Shown: piece after piece, positions 18,649 to 27,410 of the stretch
Numbering within the stretch: the stretch's first letter is position 1
How the letters are laid out: each line of letters opens with the position of its first letter
Source of the DNA: Gammaproteobacteria bacterium
GTDB lineage: Bacteria > Pseudomonadota > Gammaproteobacteria > CBDBNL01 > JAAOII01
Reading direction: 5' to 3'
Length of the DNA: 64,000 nucleotides
NCBI GenBank assembly: GCA_965209035.1
Contig: OZ242372.1
Coordinates: 960,001 to 1,024,000, forward strand
Program-made: the position numbers and the translations under genes
Notes under the pieces: model-generated
What the model was told of the DNA's origin: nothing
The model's database searches: none
The model's input: only the letters and a program-made list of their open reading frames with translations

Positions 18649-20454
18649 ATGAGCATACTTATTAAAAGACAAACTATCAGTAGCAACTGCATTGCATGCA
18701 TTGCCGCGGTCGGGCAACCGGCACGCGGCCCAATGTTATTATTGACAATCGCCTTGTCGGTTGCCCTACTCGCCGCTTGTGGTGGCGGAGGTGGTGGTTC
18801 CGGCGGGGGAGCGAACACCGACTTCGATGGAGACGGAATTGAGAACTCGGCGGATGCCTGTCCGCGCGGCGATACGGACTGGACTTCCAATGCATCTACG
18901 GACAATGATGGCGATGGCTGTCGCGACGACAGCAACGAGGATTTGGACGATGACAATGATGGTGTGGAAGACACAGCGGATGCGTTTCAGAGGGATCGCT
19001 GCGCGAGTGTGGACACGGATCGCGATGGTCTGCCGGATAATTTGGTGACCGGTTGCCAAACAACCTTGAGGGCGGACCCGGACGATGACAATGATGAGAT
19101 CTTGGATGCGGCAGATGTGGACAAAAATGGTAACAGCCTCATAGAAATCCGCACTTTGGATGATTTGGTACGGCTGCGCGATGATCTCAATGGCAATGGA
19201 ACAGATGATGGGAGGTTTCCCGAGATTATCGCTATGGGTTCTGTGGGTTGCCCGAGTTCCGACTGTACCGGCTACGAATTGACTCGCTCGTTGAATTTTA
19301 GCGATCCGGATTCCTATGACGATGACAGCGGTAGCAGCGATAAGATGGATGCCTGGACAGATCGCAGCGGCAGCGGTTGGCAGCTCATCGGCTCCTGCAG
19401 TGATGCAACTACTTGCACCCCTTATTCGGCAGTGTTTGATGGTCGGGGTTATGTTGTTGCCGATCTGTTTATCAATGCAAGTGATGATACGGATGGTGTG
19501 GGGTTATTTGCTGCGTTCAATGGCAGTATGCAAAACCTGCATCTCTTGGATGCGAATGTCCATGGCGGTGACTCTAATGTGGGTCTGTTGGTGGGTCAGG
19601 GTGTGAATGCTCGCTTTGAGAATCTGTCGGTTTCAGGAATCCTGATGAGTCCGCAGGCTACTACTGTGGGTGGCCTGGCCGGCGATGCGGGAGGGGCTAT
19701 GATGCGTCATTCTTATGCATCCAATATTGTTGTTTCCGGTCTTGCTAACGTGGGCGGTCTGGCTGGCAACGGTGCTAAATCTCAGATTCGCCATTCCTAT
19801 GTCATCGATGCCGCTGTGTTCGCCGGGCAAAGTAGTGACGAATCTACGGTCGGTGGTCTGGTCGGCGATGGGTTCGATGCTATTATTCTGGCTGCGTATG
19901 TGTTAGATTCTTCTGTTTTCGGTACACACAGATCGATCGGTGGACTGGTCGGCAATGGGCAAAGAGTTAATATTACTGCTGCGTATGTGTCCGGCGGAAG
20001 TGTGTCCGGGGGGAGTCTGAGCAATGACGTCGGCGGTCTGATGGGTCAGGGAATTCAAGCTAAAATTCGTTATTCTTATGCAGCTGTCAATGTTTCCACG
20101 CTTAGAACAGTATCTCCTGTTATCGGCGGCTTGTTCGGCACTGCTCCGGGGACAACAATCGATGCTTCTTATTCGGATACTCAAGTCACCACACAGTCAA
20201 CCAGTCAACCTTCTGTTGATGTTTCCGGTGTGGATAAAAACACAACAGACTTACAATCACCGACCGACTTCACCGGGACAGATAATATCTACGCCGACTG
20301 GGGTAACCTCCGGTGCGATCCAAATACGGGCGAAGTGGTGGAAAGTACGACCGGGTTGGATCCTTCATTTAGACGTCTGTGGGATCTCGGAACGGCCGAA
20401 CAATATCCCGCGCTCAACTGCACACCCGGCGGTCTGGCAAGGCAGAGGCAGTAA
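18649..20454 (+). CDS. TSP3/GLUG surface lipoprotein, array copy P6
   Basis: CIAC leader, LAAC lipobox, DACPRG..W TSP3 module, GLUG rungs, QYPALNCTPGG cap. Confidence 0.88.
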   Translation: MSILIKRQTISSNCIACIAAVGQPARGPMLLLTIALSVALLAACGGGGGGSGGGANTDFDGDGIENSADACPRGDTDWTSNASTDNDGDGCRDDSNEDLDDDNDGVEDTADAFQRDRCASVDTDRDGLPDNLVTGCQTTLRADPDDDNDEILDAADVDKNGNSLIEIRTLDDLVRLRDDLNGNGTDDGRFPEIIAMGSVGCPSSDCTGYELTRSLNFSDPDSYDDDSGSSDKMDAWTDRSGSGWQLIGSCSDATTCTPYSAVFDGRGYVVADLFINASDDTDGVGLFAAFNGSMQNLHLLDANVHGGDSNVGLLVGQGVNARFENLSVSGILMSPQATTVGGLAGDAGGAMMRHSYASNIVVSGLANVGGLAGNGAKSQIRHSYVIDAAVFAGQSSDESTVGGLVGDGFDAIILAAYVLDSSVFGTHRSIGGLVGNGQRVNITAAYVSGGSVSGGSLSNDVGGLMGQGIQAKIRYSYAAVNVSTLRTVSPVIGGLFGTAPGTTIDASYSDTQVTTQSTSQPSVDVSGVDKNTTDLQSPTDFTGTDNIYADWGNLRCDPNTGEVVESTTGLDPSFRRLWDLGTAEQYPALNCTPGGLARQRQ

Positions 20455-20844
20455 CGCAATTAACGCAGAACGAACACAGGCTTTCCGTTAGAGCAAAGTA
20501 ACCCGGGCGGTCAGGCCTCCCACTTCGGCACAATCTACCCGCTCGGCACTTCGGTGCCATCTAAGCTAACAAATCTGCCTAACTAACCAGCCCGCCCGGT
20601 ACTTCGGGTAGCAACACACAACAACCCACAAACAACACAGCACCTCAAAACCGGGCGAGATGATCCATCCTTATGCATCTATACAGCCCCGGCAAGTTGT
20701 TTTCCGATTGCCGTAAAATAAACTGATAAGAAGTAAAAGCGGGGTGCGGTTCTGCCCGGTGCAATTATTCCCGGATAAAAGAAGATCTGTCCCCCGTGGC
20801 ATTTAAAAAGAAAAAATAAAAGAAAAATTGACGAGGTAATCAAA

Positions 20845-22554
20845 ATGAACAAAGACCAGCTACCAAGCAGGCACGTTTCCGTAGGACCGGAAAGCGCACC
20901 GCATCGCTCCTACTACTATGCGATGAAAATGACAACCGAGCAGATTAATCAGCCTTTTGTCGGCGTGGCAACCTGCTGGAACGAAGCAGCCCCCTGCAAC
21001 ATAGACCTGGCACGCCAAGCCCAGGCCGTAAAAAAAGGCGTTAACCGGGCAAAGGGAACACCGCGCGAATTCACAACCATCACGGTAACCGACGGCATCG
21101 CCATGGGACACAGCGGGATGAAGTCTTCGCTGCCGAGTCGCGATCTGATTGCGGACTCTGTTGAAATGACCATGCGCGGACACTGTTACGATGCCCTGGT
21201 CGGGCTGGCAGGATGTGACAAGTCCTTGCCGGGAATGATGATGGCAATGTGCCGCTTAAATGTCCCTTCGGTTTTTATTTACGGCGGCACCATCCTGCCC
21301 GGCCGTTACAAGGGCAAGGATGTGACCGTTGTGGATGTCTTTGAAGCGGTCGGCACCCATGCGGCCGGCAAGATGAGCGATGCCGATCTGACGGAATTGG
21401 AACAGTGTGCCTGTCCTTCCTCCGGTTCCTGCGGCGGACAATTTACGGCAAACACCATGGCATGCGTATCCGAAGCCATGGGACTTGCCATTCTCGGCTC
21501 GGCCGGCGCACCCGCCCCCTATACCTCCCGGGATGCCTATTGCGAAGCGAGCGGCGTTCTGATCATGGAGTGCATTAAAAACAACTTGCGGCCGCGCGAT
21601 ATTGTGACAAGAAAATCTTTGGAAAACGCGGCGCGCGTCGTTGCCGCATCCGGCGGCTCCACCAATGCCGGCTTGCATCTTCCCGCCATCGCGCATGAAT
21701 GCAACATTAAGTTTGATCTGAACGATGTCTGCAAAATCTTTCGCGAGACTCCTTATATTGCCGACCTCAAGCCCGCCGGCAAGTATGTTGCCAAGGATCT
21801 GTTTGAAGTCGGCGGTGTGCCCATCATTCTCAAAACACTGGCGGACGGCGGCTATCTGCACACCGATTGCATCACCGTGAACGGCAAGACGCTGGGAGAA
21901 AATTTGAGCAAGATGAAGTTTCCGTCCAATCAAGATGTCGTCATGCCGATTGACAAGCCATTTAGCATGACCGGCGGTGTGGTCGGTCTGCGAGGGAATC
22001 TGGCGCCGGAAGGTGCTATCGTCAAGATCGCCGGGATGCGGCAATTACAATTTCGCGGTCCCGCGCGCGTGTTTGACCGCGAAGAAGATGCTTTCCGGGC
22101 GGCGGAGAAGCGAGAGTATCGGGCGGGCGATGTCATCGTCATTCGTTACGAAGGGCCCAAAGGCGGCCCCGGTATGCGGGAAATGCTGGCGACCACGGCG
22201 GTACTTTCCGGCCAAGATGCCGGCGGCAAGATTGCCCTGATTACGGACGGGCGGTTTTCGGGTGGCACCCGCGGCTTTTGTGTCGGCCACATAGGACCGG
22301 AGGCCGCGATAGGCGGTCCCATCGGTCTGCTGGAAAACGGCGACATGATCCTGCTGGATGCGGAAAAAGGGATCATTTCCGTGGAACTGGACGAGACCGA
22401 GCTTGCCCGGCGCCGCAAGTTGTGGCGGGCGCGCACCAATGATTTTCAGTCCGGCGCTCTCTGGCGTTATGCTCAAACGGTCGGCCCCGCTTTTCTGGGT
22501 GCCGTCACGCATCCCGGCGCGGCCAAAGAAACTCATGTTTATGCGGACATATAA
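20845..22554 (+). CDS. ilvD: Dihydroxy-acid dehydratase
   Basis: [54 protein letters not shown]. Confidence 0.97.
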   Translation: MNKDQLPSRHVSVGPESAPHRSYYYAMKMTTEQINQPFVGVATCWNEAAPCNIDLARQAQAVKKGVNRAKGTPREFTTITVTDGIAMGHSGMKSSLPSRDLIADSVEMTMRGHCYDALVGLAGCDKSLPGMMMAMCRLNVPSVFIYGGTILPGRYKGKDVTVVDVFEAVGTHAAGKMSDADLTELEQCACPSSGSCGGQFTANTMACVSEAMGLAILGSAGAPAPYTSRDAYCEASGVLIMECIKNNLRPRDIVTRKSLENAARVVAASGGSTNAGLHLPAIAHECNIKFDLNDVCKIFRETPYIADLKPAGKYVAKDLFEVGGVPIILKTLADGGYLHTDCITVNGKTLGENLSKMKFPSNQDVVMPIDKPFSMTGGVVGLRGNLAPEGAIVKIAGMRQLQFRGPARVFDREEDAFRAAEKREYRAGDVIVIRYEGPKGGPGMREMLATTAVLSGQDAGGKIALITDGRFSGGTRGFCVGHIGPEAAIGGPIGLLENGDMILLDAEKGIISVELDETELARRRKLWRARTNDFQSGALWRYAQTVGPAFLGAVTHPGAAKETHVYADI

Positions 22555-22638
22555 TGACAGAGTCATGACAGCAACACTTTGTTTTTCAAACACGGATTAG
22601 TTTATAATAAAAATAAAAAACAAGAGGTCAAAAATCAA

Positions 22639-23100
22639 ATGATAAAAAAACTCAAAAACATCGTCATCGTCCCGATGAGCGGGATACTTTTTTTAGTCGG
22701 TTCCAACAGACAAGAAGTTTGTTGTGTCCCGCCAAAAATTTCGGTTGTGCCGCAATTATTACCCCGCCCGGTTCGCACCGCAAGATCGGCAACTCTTTTT
22801 GCCGTTCTATTCTTGCTTCTGAGTGGCTGTGCTAATTTCGTGGTCCTCAGTCCGGCCGGCAGTCTGGTCCGACTCATTTCCGCGGAAGAAGCCGAAAACT
22901 GCGAAAAGATCGCCGATACCGTTGTCATGGTCGCCGCCAAAGTTGGGGTCATTCGGCGCGATCCGGAAAAAGTGCAAGTGGAAGCCCAAAACATCGCCAA
23001 GAATTCGGCACCGGATTTTGATGCCAATGCGGTTACTCCCCTAAGCGAACTGGGCGAAGATGGCAAGCAAACTTTTGGGATCTATCAATGTCCCGAATAA
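22639..23100 (+). CDS. Small lipoprotein, DUF4156-like
   Basis: LSGC lipobox, V.LS..G..V.L, C..I, A.N.A....AN.V, terminal Y.CP; start uncertain. Confidence 0.6.
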   Translation: MIKKLKNIVIVPMSGILFLVGSNRQEVCCVPPKISVVPQLLPRPVRTARSATLFAVLFLLLSGCANFVVLSPAGSLVRLISAEEAENCEKIADTVVMVAAKVGVIRRDPEKVQVEAQNIAKNSAPDFDANAVTPLSELGEDGKQTFGIYQCPE

Positions 23101-23688
23101 TTGATTGGTTTGGGGAATGATATACAATACTCCTCAGTCTTAAAAAGTGAATGTTTCATAGTGATAAAAACACAAACTAACTTTAATAACGGGTATTTCT
23201 TAGAGCCGGAGGTGATAAAGACTATTCGTGCTTTTCATGATGAAAATAAACCCCCATATCTTGTTAATAAGTTATCGGAGAAATTTGATATAGAGGGGGT
23301 TTATCTTACGGGAATGCCCGAAAATATATCGGGTTGTATTAAGAAGACGGAAACAGGAAAATATGAAATATTACTTAATAGAGATGAACACCATAATCGC
23401 AGACGCTTTACGGCCGCACACGAATTAGCCCATCTTCTGTTACACAGAGATGATATAGGAGATGGGGTAAATGATGATGTTTTGTATCGCAGCAAGCTAT
23501 CTACTTTTCAAGAGGTGCAAGCAAATCAATTGGCGGCGGATATTTTAATGCCTTTTGATAAGATTTATGCTTTACTGCAAACAGGAACAAAATTACGCGA
23601 GTTACCTTCTATTTTTGAAGTTTCAAACATAACGATGTGTATTCGTCTTGATATCAGTGAGTTTGTGCTATTTAGCCCAAATCAATAA
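23101..23688 (+). CDS. ImmA/IrrE-family (M78) metallo-endopeptidase
   Basis: ISG.I, RRRFTAAHELAH (HExxH), E.QAN.LAA.ILMP; AT-rich; true start probably a downstream GTG. Confidence 0.88.
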   Translation: MIGLGNDIQYSSVLKSECFIVIKTQTNFNNGYFLEPEVIKTIRAFHDENKPPYLVNKLSEKFDIEGVYLTGMPENISGCIKKTETGKYEILLNRDEHHNRRRFTAAHELAHLLLHRDDIGDGVNDDVLYRSKLSTFQEVQANQLAADILMPFDKIYALLQTGTKLRELPSIFEVSNITMCIRLDISEFVLFSPNQ

Positions 23689-23843
23689 AGACGATGGCTT
23701 GCAAGGATAGCCACGTATGTGCCAATTTAGAGTATTGTCCAATTATCTTCGAAGGTATGATTGCCGTTTCGTTTATAGTTCCTTAAAAAATAACAATTTA
23801 TTACTGCCACAGGGAAGCGTTTAACTTATGGCTTATATAAGAG

Positions 23844-24668
23844 ATGAATAAGTCAGTAGTGATGTACAAAAGAGAAACAGAGATAAAAATGGGGGATAAC
23901 TTTGATAAGTTCTATACGAACAATGAGGTTGTTCGCGAGTGTTTGAAGCATTTGGATATAGCATCTTATGATTTTGTTATTGAGCCGTCAGCGGGTAGCG
24001 GCGCTTTCTACCATTCCATTAATCACAAGAATAAGGTTGGTTTGGATATCAAGCCGGAGCATTGGGAAATAATCAAGCAGGATTGGTTTTCTTATGTTGT
24101 TAGCGAGGATTATAAAAATGTCTTGGTTGTGGGTAATCCTCCGTTTGGTAAGTTCCATAAGTTGTCTTCCGCATTTTTAGAGCGTGCTTTTTCTTTTGGT
24201 AATATTCAAACTGTGGGTTTTATTCTTCCCGATGTGTATAGGAAATATACAAGACAGAGAATCATACCGGATCATTGGAGGATAAAGAGCATAGTTAATA
24301 TAGGCGAGAATGCTTTTATGTTTGAGAATGAGGTAAGGCATATTCCCTGTTCCTTCTTTGTCTTTGATAAGTCAAGGGGGCGGGATTTAAGGGATAACCC
24401 TTATCAGCATGCGGACAAGGTGGATTTTTATTTTGGCACTAAGAACTATTTTGATTTATTTTTATTTGGTGCGGCACCCAAGCGGATTATAACTAATCCT
24501 AAGCCGAATAACAGAGGGCATTTTATTAAGTCCAAGATTGGGGCGGACAAGTTAATCAATAGATTACTGGCTATTAATTGGCGGGGCTTATCCGGTGCCG
24601 GCGGGGGTGTGTATTGGTTAACTCAGGGGGAGATCATCAAGCATTATTACGACGCCTACTGTGTATGA
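23844..24668 (+). CDS. Orphan amino (N6-A/N4-C) DNA methyltransferase, gamma-type motif order
   Basis: DKFYT, motif I IEPSAGSGAF, motif IV GNPPFG, FILP; AT-rich. Confidence 0.8.
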   Translation: MNKSVVMYKRETEIKMGDNFDKFYTNNEVVRECLKHLDIASYDFVIEPSAGSGAFYHSINHKNKVGLDIKPEHWEIIKQDWFSYVVSEDYKNVLVVGNPPFGKFHKLSSAFLERAFSFGNIQTVGFILPDVYRKYTRQRIIPDHWRIKSIVNIGENAFMFENEVRHIPCSFFVFDKSRGRDLRDNPYQHADKVDFYFGTKNYFDLFLFGAAPKRIITNPKPNNRGHFIKSKIGADKLINRLLAINWRGLSGAGGGVYWLTQGEIIKHYYDAYCV

Positions 24669-24800
24669 ATATACCGATTAATTTAAGAGTACATTATGCC
24701 CCGGGTTTATGCCCTTGGTCCATAATTATTTCTTAAAAAACAAATAAACAAACTATCTATTACGGCAAACTATTACAACAATTTATTACAACAAACTATT

Positions 24801-25361
24801 ATGGAAAATACAAGAAAAAATACTTTGGCGATTGACGAGCAATTCATTGAACGCTGGTCTTCTCGTCAATTTAATGGAACTGCGTTGACTGAAAACGAAC
24901 TGGCGCAGATCTTTGAAGCCGCCCGTTGGTCGCCCTCTTGCTTTAACGAGCAACCGTGGTTCTTTCTCCTGCCCGAAAACCCGGCGCGACATGCAAAATT
25001 TTTATCTCTTCTTATGGAAGGAAACCGTGCTTGGGTGGAAAAGGCGGGACTGCTGTGTTACCAAATATCCGCCCGTCACTTTCGCCACAACGACAAACCC
25101 AATCGTCACTATGCGTATGACGCGGGTGCGGCCTGGATGGCACTGGCTTTGCGCGCCCATTCCATGGGTCTCAGTGCCCACGCCATGGCCGGATTTGACG
25201 CGGAGAAATCCTATGCCGTTTTGGGAGTGGACAAAAGCAAATACGAAGTTCTGTCCGCCATCGCCATCGGTTGGCCGCTTGAAGAAGCCAAACAGACCGA
25301 AGAGCGCACGGAACGCAAATCACTTTCTTTGGTTCACGGCACCAAGATGCCGGCGGGTTGA
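24801..25361 (+). CDS. Nitroreductase family protein
   Basis: RWSSR.F, FEAARWSPSCFNEQPW.F, YDAGAAW, HAMAGFD, AIG. Confidence 0.93.
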   Translation: MENTRKNTLAIDEQFIERWSSRQFNGTALTENELAQIFEAARWSPSCFNEQPWFFLLPENPARHAKFLSLLMEGNRAWVEKAGLLCYQISARHFRHNDKPNRHYAYDAGAAWMALALRAHSMGLSAHAMAGFDAEKSYAVLGVDKSKYEVLSAIAIGWPLEEAKQTEERTERKSLSLVHGTKMPAG

Positions 25362-25672
25362 GGAATTAAGAGATCAACAAAAAAGCAGCCGCCCGAAAAT
25401 AACTCAACAGCAATCAAACAGCAGCCCAACAATAGTCCAATAATAGCTCAACAATAGACCGATAATTTGCCCCTCGGTAGTTTACGGCTGCTACGCGATG
25501 ATTCGCCGGTGGGGATAGTTGGTAGCGGTTGGCCGAATTAAGGGATTAAGGACTTAAGAGATTAATCAAAAAGCAGCCCAACAGCAATTTACCCCGGGTA
25601 GTTGGTGACGGTTGGTTGGGTAGTTAGTTGGTTGATTGGTGGCGGTTGGTTGGCAGTTGGGCAGTTAGGTAG

Positions 25673-25958
25673 TCGGCCGGGCAGGTTGGTGACGGCTTAG
25701 TGTTTACCCCTTTTGCAGAAGCCTCTGTAACCAGTTAACCAAAGCATCGCAGCCGCGCACCACATTCGGGGCCGCGGACATCAAGGCGTTCGGATTGGCG
25801 GGGTTGGCTGTGGTTGATTGGGCAATTGGGTAGTCGGTCGGCCGGGCAGGTTGGTGACGGCTTAGTGTTTACCCCTTTTGCAGAAGCCTCTGTAACCAGT
25901 TAACCAAAGCATCGCAGCCGCGCACCACATTCGGTGCCGCGGACATCAAAGCGTTCGG
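25673..25958. repeat. 121-bp direct repeat duplicating the aminotransferase 3' end
   Basis: 25673-25793 vs 25838-25958, two mismatches. Confidence 0.92.
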
Positions 25959-27212
25959 GTCCGCAATAGATTTCGCAGCATCTTTCGCAGCACCTTCCGA
26001 AGCATCTTTCGCAGCGTATTCCCCTATTTCCCGCAAACGCTCCAGCATCGCGCCGCCCTCATAATCCACGGTTGCCAAACGCACCGCAAAACAATCCGGC
26101 GGCATACCAAAGTCTTCCGCGGGTAGCAAGACAACTCCCGCTTCTTCCAACAGAACATCGCACAGAGTGCGACTGTCGGCGATACCTCTTGCCCGCAAGG
26201 CGGCGGCATGGCGATTGAAGTCCGGAAAAAGATAAAACCCGCCGGCTGCCGGCAAGCAATCCAACCCGCCCTCTGTTAACCTGCCGCACACATAACGGGC
26301 AACCATCCCGTGAATACGCGTACATTCCTCCAAGTAACGATTGATTTCCGCATCATCGGAATAGGCGCGACAGGCCGCATATTGAATCGGCGAAGAAACA
26401 CAACTGAAAGTCTCACTAATCAGGGCCGCAAGAGCCGGCATCATCTCGCTTAAAGCGGGCGGGACAAAAGCAAACCCCAATCGGTAACCGCCGGCCGAGA
26501 AGGCCTTGCTTAACCCGGAAGTTACAATCGTCCGCTCCGGCGCATAGGCGGAAATGCCGGGCATTCCCTTGCCGTCAAAAGACACCTGCGCGTAAATCTC
26601 ATCCGACAGGATGAACAACCCGTGTTTGTCGGCAAACCGAGCGAGCGCGCGCAGTTCGTCATCCGCAAACACCGTGCCGAGAGGATTGCTCGGGCTATTG
26701 ATCAGCAGAAGTTTTTGATCTTCGCCGGCTTTGTTCGCCGCTTCAATCGCGTCTTCCAATGCGTCCAGGGATAGTCTGTATCCCGATTTGAAGTCGCCGC
26801 GAACGGGCAGCGTCAGTTTGCCGATGAGTTGTGCCTGCGGATGATAACTGACCCAGCAGGGAGCCGGCAACAAAAGAGCCCCTTCCAAAACAAGCATCAG
26901 GTCAAACAGCAATTCCTTGCTTCCCGGGCCTACAATAATATTTTCCGCCTCCCACTCATAGCCGCGCTTTGAAAAATAAGCGGCAATGGCCGCACGCAAC
27001 TTGGGCAAGCCGAAGGTCGGCTGGTATTCTTTTTTGTCGCTGTGTGCTTCCAACTCGCTCCGAATCGCCGGATGCACCGGGAACGGCGACTGTCCAAAAC
27101 CGAAATGGGTGATCTTTTGACCGGCGGCACGCATCTGCAATGCGCGTTGATTGATGGCAAGGGTGGCGGACTGTCGCACCCGTTCCACTTTGGGGTTAAT
27201 TTTAACGATCAT
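25869..27212 (-). CDS. PLP-dependent aminotransferase class I/II (aspartate aminotransferase-like)
   Basis: GSKE, PCWVSY, NSPSNP.G, SDEIY, GLSK.FSAGGYRLG. Confidence 0.93.
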   Translation of the reverse strand: MIVKINPKVERVRQSATLAINQRALQMRAAGQKITHFGFGQSPFPVHPAIRSELEAHSDKKEYQPTFGLPKLRAAIAAYFSKRGYEWEAENIIVGPGSKELLFDLMLVLEGALLLPAPCWVSYHPQAQLIGKLTLPVRGDFKSGYRLSLDALEDAIEAANKAGEDQKLLLINSPSNPLGTVFADDELRALARFADKHGLFILSDEIYAQVSFDGKGMPGISAYAPERTIVTSGLSKAFSAGGYRLGFAFVPPALSEMMPALAALISETFSCVSSPIQYAACRAYSDDAEINRYLEECTRIHGMVARYVCGRLTEGGLDCLPAAGGFYLFPDFNRHAAALRARGIADSRTLCDVLLEEAGVVLLPAEDFGMPPDCFAVRLATVDYEGGAMLERLREIGEYAAKDASEGAAKDAAKSIADPNALMSAAPNVVRGCDALVNWLQRLLQKG

Positions 27213-27360
27213 AGGGAATAGAAGTTTTTTGATATGCTTCTTTCATTTTATACGGTGATTTTTTAAAAATGGCGATTTATTGCCATAAACCGCCTGTTTG
27301 CCAAGCATAACAAGTAAAATTTCTGCGATAACGAATGGGTTTTTTCCCTCCCCCCCTTAA

Positions 27361-27410
27361 TAAAGGATAAAGGATAAAGGATAAACGATAAACGATAAAG
27401 GATAAACTAT
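27361..27410. repeat. 7-bp microsatellite (GATAAAG/C) immediately upstream of pstC
   Basis: taaagga taaagga taaagga taaacga taaacga taaagga taaacta. Confidence 0.9.

Noticed and set aside
651-20184. Many long antisense ORFs (Ser-rich, Ile/Val-rich) over the lipoprotein genes
   Set aside because: Shadow frames of Asp/Gly-rich repetitive coding sequence
8940-20454. Diversity-generating retroelement or shufflon
   Set aside because: No reverse transcriptase, template repeat or invertase in the window; all copies are full-length and co-oriented; differences are not visibly adenine-specific
25673-25958. DGR TR/VR pair at a gene 3' end
   Set aside because: Only two synonymous differences, a housekeeping target and no RT
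27213-27408. Pho box upstream of pstC
   Set aside because: No convincing CTGTCAT 11-bp-period repeat; the 7-mer microsatellite does not fit
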